From the NCBI RefSeq assembly GCF_009914755.1, contig NC_060943.1: a stretch of DNA of 64,000 bases, one strand, 5' to 3'. The DNA comes from the human T2T-CHM13v2.0 reference genome, Homo sapiens. The notes under the pieces were generated by a model, which saw only the letters and a program-made list of their open reading frames with translations, had not been told where the DNA came from and did not search any database. Position numbers and translations under genes: made by a program. Each line of letters opens with the position of its first letter. Position 1 is the stretch's first letter. Below, one piece after another: positions 53,892 to 64,000 of the stretch.

Positions 53892-55526
53892 TTACTCTTC
53901 TTTTTCTAGTTACCTATGGTGAAGGCTTAGATTATTGATTTTAAATATTTCTTCTACTCTAAAATATGCATTGAATGCTATACATTTTCCTCTAACCACT
54001 GTTTTCACTGCATCCCAGAAATTTTAATAGATTGTATGAATATTTTCTTAAGTTCAAATTATGTTTAAATTTCTTTTGAAACCTCTTTGACCTATGTACT
54101 GCTTGGACATTTGTTTAATTTCTAAATATTTTGGGATTTTCCAGCTATAATTTTGTTATTGATTTCTAGTTTAATTCCACTGTGGTCTGAGAGCATACTT
54201 TGTATAATGTTCATTCTTTTAAATTTGTTAAGATGCGTTTGTGTCCCAGAATGTTTTCTTTCTTGGTGAAATGCTCGGTGAGTTTGAAAAGAATGTGTGT
54301 TCTGCCATTGTTAGATGAAGAAGTCTATATAAGTTTATTATATCAAGTTGATTGATGGTGCTGTCAGTTCAACTATCTCTACTGATTTTCTGCCTGCTGA
54401 CTCTGTCAGTTACTAAGAGAGGGGTGCTAGGTCTCCAAATATAATTGTGGCTTTGTCTGTTTCTTGTGGTTCTATTAGTTTTTGTCTGATATATTTTGAT
54501 ACTCTGTTGTTTTGCACATACACATTAAGAATGGTGTGTTGTTTTAGAAAATGTTATCATCATATAATGCCCTTCCTTATATGTGATAATTTTTCTTGGC
54601 CTAAATTCTGATTTGCCTAAAATTAACAGGTACTTCAGCTTTCTTTTGATTAGTGTTAGCATGGTATATCTTTCTGCATTTCCATAGTTTTAATCTAGCT
54701 TTCCCTTTATATTTAAAGTAGGTATTTCTTATAGACAACATAAGTTGAGTATTGGTCTTTGATCCACCCTAATAGTCTCTGTCTTTTAATTGTCATAGCT
54801 AGAACACTCTCATTTTAAGTAATTATAGATGTAGTTGGATTAATATCTAACTTACTGGTATTTTTAAAATTTGTTGCTCTTATTCTTTGTTTCTTTTTGT
54901 CTTCCACTCTTTTGTCTGCCTGCTCTGGTTTTCACTGAGTGTTTCCTATAGTTCCATTTTCTCTCCACTCTTAATATATCAAATATACTTCTTAAAAAAT
55001 TTTTAAGTGGCTATCCCAGAGTTTGTTACATACTTTTACAACTAATCCAAGTTCACTTTCAAATAACACTATACTGTATTGTGGGTAGTAAAAGAACCTT
55101 ACACAGAATATTCCCAATTCCTCCCTTCCATCTCTTATAACATTGCTGTAATTCATTTCCCTTATCTATTAGTTATACTCACTGAATATATTGTTGCTAT
55201 TATTATTGTTATCTGTTAGAATAATTAAGATTGAGAAAAATAAAAATTTTATTTTACCTTTATTTATAATTTCTTCAAATTGCTACTTTTCTTCATGTAG
55301 AACTGAGTTTCTAATCTATATTATTTTTATTCTCCCCAAATAATTTTTTAAAACATTTCTTGCAAGGCAGGTTTACTAATGACAATTTTTTTTTCAATTT
55401 TTGTTTGAGAGTCTTTATTTCGCCTTCATTTTGAAGGATAATTTCATTGGATATCTAGGTTAGTGGTTGTTTTCTTTCAACGAATTACATATTTCCATTC
55501 ACTCTCCTCCTGCTTGTATGACTTCT

Positions 55527-55822
55527 TTTTTTTTTTCTTTTTTTTGACAGAGTCTCACTCTCTCACTCAGGCTGGAGTGCAGTTGTGCAATCCTGGGCTC
55601 ACTGCAACCTCCGCCTCCTAGATTCATGAGATTCTCCTGCCTCAGCCTGCCTAGTGGTTGGTATTACAGGCATGCCCCAATATGCCTAGTTTTTGTATTG
55701 TTAGTAAAGACGAGGTTTCACCATGTTGGCCAGGCTGGGCTTAAACTCCTGACTTCAAGTGATCTGCCCACCTTGGCCTCCCAAAGTGCTGGGATTACAG
55801 GCATGAGCCACTGCACCCAACC
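55527..55822 (-). mobile_element. AluS inside L1
   Basis: TSD CTGCTTGTATGACTTCT / CTGCTTGCATGATTTCT. Confidence 0.94.
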
Positions 55823-57150
55823 CTGCTTGCATGATTTCTAAAAAGAAGTCTATGTTATTCTTATTGTTTTTTTTTTTCTTCAGGTAAGCTGATTTTTTAT
55901 TCTCTAAATTCTTTTTAGATTTTCTCTGTCATTGATATTCTGCAGTTTGAATATAATATACCTTGGTGCAGTTTTTGATACTTACCTGCTTAATGTTTTC
56001 TGAGCTTCCTGGATCTGAAGTTGGTGTTTGTAATTAATTTTGGAAATTTCTCAACCACTTTTACTTCAAATACTTTGTTTTTCTCTCTTTATTCTCCTTG
56101 TGGCATTCCCATGACGTGTATGCTACATTTTAGTAATTGCTCTACAGTACTTGGATATTCTGTTCTGTCTTTTTCATCCATTTATTTTTTTCTGTGAATT
56201 TCAATTTTGGAAGTTCCTATTAACATGTACAAAAGCTCACTGATTCTTTCCTTGGCGGTAATCAGTCTACTTATGAGTTCTTTAAAGGCATTCTTCATTT
56301 ATTACCTTTAAAAAAATTCTAGCATTTCCTTTGATTATTTCTTAGAATTTTCATCTCTATATTTATATTACCCATCTGCTCTTGCATGTTTTCCAATTTT
56401 TTCTATTAGAACCCTTAGCATATTTATCATAGTTATTTAAAATTTCCAGTCTGATAATTTCAAAAATTCTGCCATATCTGTCTTGTTCTGATGCTTCCTT
56501 TGCCTCTTCAGACTGTTCTTCTTCTTCTTCTTTTTTTTTTTATAACATGCCTTGTAATTTTTTTTTTGGTTATTGCTGTTGTTGTTATTGAAAGATGTAT
56601 CAGGTAAAAGGAACTGAAATAGTATGGTTAGGGAACATTGTGTAATTTTAATATTTTTAAATTGATTAAAATTAAAATTATGACCCAGGACATGGTTTGT
56701 CTTGATGAATATTCCATGTAAATTTGTAAAGAATATGCATTATGCTGGTGGTGTGATAAATGTTCTATAAATGTCCATTAGATTCAATTGGTTGATGGTG
56801 TTCAGTTCTTCTCTCTCTTTGCTGATTTTCACTTGTTCTATCCATAACTGAGAGGAATATGTTGAATTATCTAACTATAATTTTAAATTTGTCTATTTGT
56901 CCTATCACTTCTATCCAGTTTTGCTTAATGCATTTTAAAGCTATATTGTTATGTGCATACATATTTATGTTTGTACTGACTTCTTACTGAATAGACATTT
57001 TTGTCATTTGTCTCTTTTTCTATCTGGTAATTTTTCTTGCTCTGATTTTCTCCTTATCTAATATAAATATAATCATTTCAGGTTACTTTTAATTAGTGTC
57101 TCCATGATGCATTGTTTTCTGTTCTTTTACTTTTAATCAGCATTATATTT

Positions 57151-57168
57151 TATCTATCTATCTATCAC

Positions 57169-57209
<41 letters not shown>

Positions 57210-57224
57210 ATCTATCTATCTATC
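57151..57224 (+). repeat. Compound (TATC)n tetranucleotide STR
   Basis: Direct read; interrupted by ACC and ATC. Confidence 0.95.
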
Positions 57225-57430
57225 TTATATATAAAATCAGCCATATTTATGTGAGTTTTTGTTGACAGCATACAGTTGGGTCTTTTAAAAAAGGTCAATT
57301 TAGTGTAGACAGTGTCTGTCTTCTAATTGATATGTTTTGACCATTCGTATTTAATGTAATTTATTAAAAGGTTTAGATGTAGGCCTACCTTTTATCATTT
57401 GTTTTTAGTTTGTTTCCTAAGTTTTTAAAA

Positions 57431-57431
<1 letters not shown>

Positions 57432-57462
<31 letters not shown>
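57432..57462 (+). repeat. (TG)n microsatellite
   Basis: Direct read. Confidence 0.96.
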
Positions 57463-57467
<5 letters not shown>

Positions 57468-58338
57468 GATAATACATTTTTACTGTGGTAAAACACACAA
57501 CATAAAGCTTACAATTTTAATTATTTTAAGTGTACAATTCTTTGGCATTGAGTACATTCACAATGTTATACGACCTTCACCACTATTTCCAGAACTTTTT
57601 TATCATCTCAAACAGAAACTCTGCAATCATTGAACAATAACCCCCATTTCTTCCTGCTTCCAGTTCCCTTGTAATCATTATTCTACTTTCTGTCACTATA
57701 AATTTACCTATTCTAGGAGCTTCGTATACAAAAAATTAGGTAATATTTGTTATTTTGTGTCAGGTTTATTTAACTTACTATAATGTTTTGAAGGTTCCCC
57801 CTTGTTGTAGTATGTATCAAATTTTCATTTCCTTTTGAGATTGAATGATATTGCATATATACACCACATTTTGTTTATTTACTTATCTGCTGATGGCCAT
57901 TTGGGTTGTTTCTACAAATTGGATATTATACAGAATGGTGCTATGGAAATTGATGTACATGCATTTGTCTGAGTCCTTGCTTTCAATTATTTTGAGCATA
58001 TACCTAGAAGCAGAATTGGTGAATGATGTGGTAATTCTATGTTTAAAAATTTGAAGAACTGATAACTATTTTCCACAGAGGCTTCACCAATCTACATTCC
58101 CACCAACAATGAATGAGGGCTTCAATTTCTCCACATCCTTGTTATTTTGTTATTACTCTTATTTTTTATGAATTTGATCTTGTATCCCATTGTGGTTTTA
58201 TTCTGCATTTCCCTAATGAATAGTGAACTTGAATATCTTTTCATGTGCTTACTGGTCATTTGTATGTCTTCTCTGGATAAATGTTTGTTTAAGTCCTTTG
58301 CCCATTTTTTAATTGGGTTGCTTGTTTTCTTTTTGCTA

Positions 58339-59370
<1,032 letters not shown>

Positions 59371-60793
59371 ATATATATATATTCTGGATATTACCATTAT
59401 CCAATATGTAATTTGAAAATATTTTCTTCCCACTCCATGGATCGTTCTTTTACTCTGTTCATAGAGTTCTTTGATGTACAATTGTAAAAATTTTGATAGA
59501 GACAAAATTATTTGGCTTTTAAATTTTTGCCTGAGTCCTTGGTGTTATACCCAATAAATCATTGCCAAATGCAAGGTCATGAAGATTTTCCCCTATGCTT
59601 TTTTCTTTCTTTTTTTAAAGAGTTTTATAGTTATAGCTCTTTTGTTTATTTTGAGTCAATTTTTATATGTGGCATAAGGTTGGCATACAGTTTTATTCTT
59701 TTGCATGTGGATAGCCAGTTTTCCCACCAACATTAGTTGAAATGTTTGTCTTTCCCCCATTGAATGGTCTTTGTATCCTTTTTGAAAATCACTTGTTCTT
59801 GTATGTAAGGGTTTATTTCTGGCAATTCGATTCATTAGTTTATATTATCTGTCTTTATGTCAGTACCACACTGCTTTGATTACTGTAGCTTTGTGGCAAA
59901 TTTTTGAATGAGGAAATGTGAGTCTTCTACCTTGTTTATTTTTCAAGATTATTTTTGGCTTTTTGGGGTTCTTTGAGTTTCCAAATAAATTTAAGATAGA
60001 TTTCCTATTTCTGAAAAGAAACTTCATTGGTGTTTTATAGGAATTATGTTGTATTGATATCTTAACAATACTAAGTCTTCAAATCTATAAACACAGGATA
60101 TCTTTCCATTTATTTATGTCATAATCTCTCTCAGAAATGTTTTGCAATTTTGTGAGTACAAGTCTTTTGCTGCATTGGTTAAATTTAATCCTAAGTATTT
60201 TATTTTTGAATGTTAACGTAAATTTTAATTCCTTCTTAATTTCTTTTCAAAATTCATTGTTAATGTATAGAAACACAACTGACTTTGTAACTCACAAATA
60301 TGTTGACTCTTATTAGTTCTAACATTGTTTTTAATGGAATATTTAGGGTTTTCTATATGTAAGATCATATCATCCAGAAGCACAGATGACAGGTCTTTCT
60401 TTTCCATTTGGATGTCTGTATTTCTTTTTCTTGACCATTTCCTCTGGTTAGGACTTTCAATCAATTGTTGAAATTAAGTCTTGAAGACCAACATCCTTAT
60501 ACAATTTTAGTCTTAGAAAAATAGTTTTCAGTCTTTCACCATTGAATCTGATGGTAGCTGTGGCTTTTAATATATGGCTTATATCATACTAAGGAAATAT
60601 CCTTCTATTGCTAGGTTTTTTTAGTGTTTTAATAATGAAAGGATCATCAATATTGTCAATGCTTTTTCTACATCAATCGAGATGATCATGTCTTTTTTCT
60701 TTATTCTATTAATATTGTGTATCACTTTTGATTTATATATATTACATTATCACTGGATATCAGAAATAAATCTCACTTAGTCATGGCTTTGGC

Positions 60794-60837
<44 letters not shown>

Positions 60838-60850
60838 CTATCATCTATCA
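60794..60850 (+). repeat. (ATCT)n tetranucleotide STR
   Basis: Direct read. Confidence 0.95.
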
Positions 60851-63084
60851 ATCACCTCATCTTGTCTATGTTCTAATGCACCTCCTTATTTCTCTTCTTG
60901 TTGTGGGACTTTAATGACATGTGTATTAGACCTTTTGGTACCTTTCCACACATCTCTCAGGCTTTGTTTCTTTTTTCCCCAATTATTTTTTATTTTTGTT
61001 GTTCAGACTAGGTAAGTTTTCCCAGTCTTTCAGATTCAGTGACTTTCTTCTTTCATCTCCATCAATAGCAGTATTGATCTCATTCAATGAATTTTTTTAA
61101 AGTTTAATTGTATTTTTCAGTTGTACAGTTTTTATTTTATTCTTTTATATATCTTACATTTCTGTGCTAAGACCTTATAGTTTTTCATTTATTTTGAAAG
61201 TGTTTTCCCTTATTTCTTGGAACATAGTTATAATCACTGCTTAAAATCTTTGGTAGTTCCAACACTCTGTCATCTCCAGGTTGTTGTCTATTTGTCATTT
61301 TCTTTTTCTTTGAGTAATCTAGAGAATTTTCTGATTCTTTATATGTCAAGCAATTTTAGAAGGTATCTTAGACATTTTGAGTATTATACTAAGGGGCTCT
61401 GGGTCATTTTAATCTTTTGAATAATTATTTATTATTTATTTATTGTTACTTTGTTTTATTTCAGTAGGCAATCAACCAATTATGATGTTCAGGCTGCAAG
61501 CCCACAGTCTGTGTGTTGTGGTTCCAATTTAAATTCAGTTTTCAGAGTGCTTACAAGGGTATTCAGATGTGTTCTTCATGTGTGTCACCCAGTGCCCAGT
61601 CTGGGACCTGGGAGTTATTGTAGTTCTCAATGCCTTAGGTATGTTTCTTAAGGCCAGATTCATGTACACACTGCTTGGGTATAAGACCAGGAGTTCATAC
61701 ACAACTTTTTAGAATCACTTCCTTGAACATTGTCTTTTCCACTCTGTCCTAAATACTCATTTACTCCTAAAGATTTTTCTTCCTGGCCTGATTAGTGTCT
61801 CTGCTCCACTGTTCACTTCCTGAAACTGTGTTATCTCCAGGGTCAAGTGGCAAGATGATAGAGAGAAAAAGGCATGTGGCTTATTCTTATGCTTTTGGGA
61901 CCACAGTTTCTCTTGTAAAAGAGAAGTGTTTCCCTCCTTCATGGCTTTAGGCATGGGACCAGCTCCTGTTGTTGCTCTGCCACTGTAGGATTGCCTAGTA
62001 GCTAGAGTAGGAGAGAATAAAACACAAACAAAAATGCAGAGAATTTTCCCCACTATCTGACTTGTAGAGTTCCCTTTTATAATTTTTTGATCAAAAATAA
62101 AGGGCCTATCTTAAGTATTTTTCTGACCATGCCTGGTGCACAGTTGCAGGTTCTGGGCTGCCTTCAAGTTCAGGCTGAACAAAACAGAGAAAGGAAACAA
62201 ACAGAGACTCACTTCCATTTTGGCAGCATTTTGGTATCTGTTTTCCTTCTCTAATTTGCCTTCTACTTAAAAAAGATTATTCAATTTTATTTTATTTAAA
62301 AACCTATGATCACTGCTCCATCTAGTCTGTCCAGGATTTTAGTTGTAGTTGGTGAGGAGGACAGAGCTTTCTCCATATTAACTAAAACTAGAACCCTGGC
62401 AGCTATTCTTATCCCCATTTTACAGTCGAGAAAACTGATTTTCTAAAATTCCATTCTGTTTCCTTTTGTTTTGTTTCTTTCTAAAATCCAATAGTACTAA
62501 AAGACAGAACTAACGTTATTCTATCTCATCCCAATGCTCCTTATCTACCTACCAACTATCAGTTCAAGAAGTCAAAACCTGATTTGAAGATGTGGAACAG
62601 AGACCAAATTACAGATGCCACAAGCTGACTTAGCTCCTGCCTAAGTGAGTTATGAGAGCAAGATCTCTTGCCTGGAGGTCGGGAAGCCTATATTCTACTT
62701 TTTTTCTTTTTTGCCCAAATCTTTAGTCAATCCTGGTCCTATCTCAGGAAATGGGTTTTATTTGTAAAAAAAAAAAAATATATATATATATTTAGAAATA
62801 TCTCTAACGATTCTCCCTCTGCTGGCATTCCATGATTAGCAGAAAATGTCATCCAGAGTCTCAGTAAAGGAAGAAACCACTGGAGACTGAGTTATATAGG
62901 TATGATCCCATGCAAGATAAATGGGGCTCAAGTAGTACTCTGCTTGATGTTTAAGCAAGATTTATTAACACAGGGAAAGAGTAGGGTAGTGGCAGACAAC
63001 CCTAGCTTTGTGGCTTCCAGCAGTTCTTTTTCCTTCTGGTTACATCAGCCTCAACCATTCCTCCCTTACATTCTATATTTGCAT

Positions 63085-63545
63085 TTTTATTAGGCTGTGC
63101 CATCCTCAAGCTTGGGAGTGGACCTGAGATTGGCAAGAAAATCAGCATATTTTATCCTCCTCTTCGCCATAGAGATGGGTGCAGGGATAGCCACATGACC
63201 CACACCTATTCAATCAGAGCCTTTTGTTCTGGAAAAAAAAAAAAAAAAAAGTGAAAGAGGAGCTCGATTTCCCTGCTCTATTTAGTAAGCTGGCAAGTGC
63301 ACAGCAAATGCTCTTGATGGTCATCTTTTCCATATGAGGGAAGAGTTTCTGTAGGGTGAAGCCAATGTAGAAGGACTTGAAGCCAAGGAGATGGGGACCT
63401 ACAGAGTCTTAAAGATGTTGTTTGAGACTCTAGATTCAGCCACACCAGAAGCCAGCTCCATTTAGATTTTTCCATTTAGGTACATAATAAATTATCTTTG
63501 TGCTTAGACCAGCATGAATCGAATTTCTTTCACTAACCCTGATGG
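63085..63545 (+). mobile_element. Old MaLR LTR (MLT1J/K-like)
   Basis: GCCACATGACCC...CAATCAGAG...CTAGATTCAGCCACACCAGAAGCCAG...AATAAATT; boundaries approximate. Confidence 0.6.
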
Positions 63546-63893
63546 ATATCAGGGTGGGCTAAGGAGCTAAGTAGTATGGCACTGGGAAGAAGACAAGAAT
63601 GAACCTAGAATTTTGGGGGACTGCAGCAGAGATACTGAGAACCTTATAGCAGGGGTGGTTTGGCAGGAGCAATGTGAAATGAAGTCTATGAATAGATTTT
63701 TTGCCAGATCTTGGACTGTTTGTTTCAGAAGGCCAAGATGTTTGAATTTTTTTCTTGAAGACAAAGACTGAAGAGGTACCTGAGCTGGGCTGGTGCAGCT
63801 TCAGCTTTTCAGAGAATGCAAGTTAATGTGGCAGCAAATCTTTTACAGAGAACTGATCAGAGATCCCCCAAAAGTAAGGGGTGAGTTAGTCAT

Positions 63894-64000
63894 TGATATG
63901 GTTTGAATCTGTGTCTCCACCCAAATCTCATGTCAAATTGTAATTCCCAGTAGTGGAGGTGGGGCCTGGTGGAAGGTGATTGGATCAAGGAGGTGGATTT
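63894..64000 (+). mobile_element. MSTA-like MaLR LTR (runs off the window)
   Basis: TGATATGGTTTGAATCTGTGTCTCCACCCAAATCTCATGTCAAATTGTAAT...GGTGATTGGATCA. Confidence 0.9.

Noticed and set aside
61500-61700. Faint resemblance to reverse 5S rRNA
   Set aside because: No convincing contiguous match to 5S box A/C sequence; more likely old L1 5' region.

Overview
Primate (human-like) genomic DNA. I see no intact protein-coding exon, RNA gene or CRISPR array. Bases 1-~2170 look like the distal end of a long + strand 3' UTR ending at two AATAAA signals. From memory it may be KLF3, but I cannot verify that, so no gene symbol is given. The rest is intergenic: an orphan CpG island (~8.15-8.5 kb); Alu, MIR, L2, DNA-transposon and MaLR/ERV LTR relics; a 26-bp minisatellite with an internal 105-bp higher-order repeat (21.17-21.85 kb); a decayed two-LTR class III (ERVL, LTR16/ERV3-16A3-type) provirus carrying five nested LTR insertions (34.1-41.2 kb); and a ~13-kb block of old antisense L1 containing a young 5'-inverted (twin-primed) L1PA with an intact target-site duplication. 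I found no convincing new biological system. The most interesting items are structural (the higher-order minisatellite, the twin-priming junctions, the nested provirus) or candidate regulatory elements. Repeat family names come from recalled consensus sequences and should be confirmed with RepeatMasker/Dfam.
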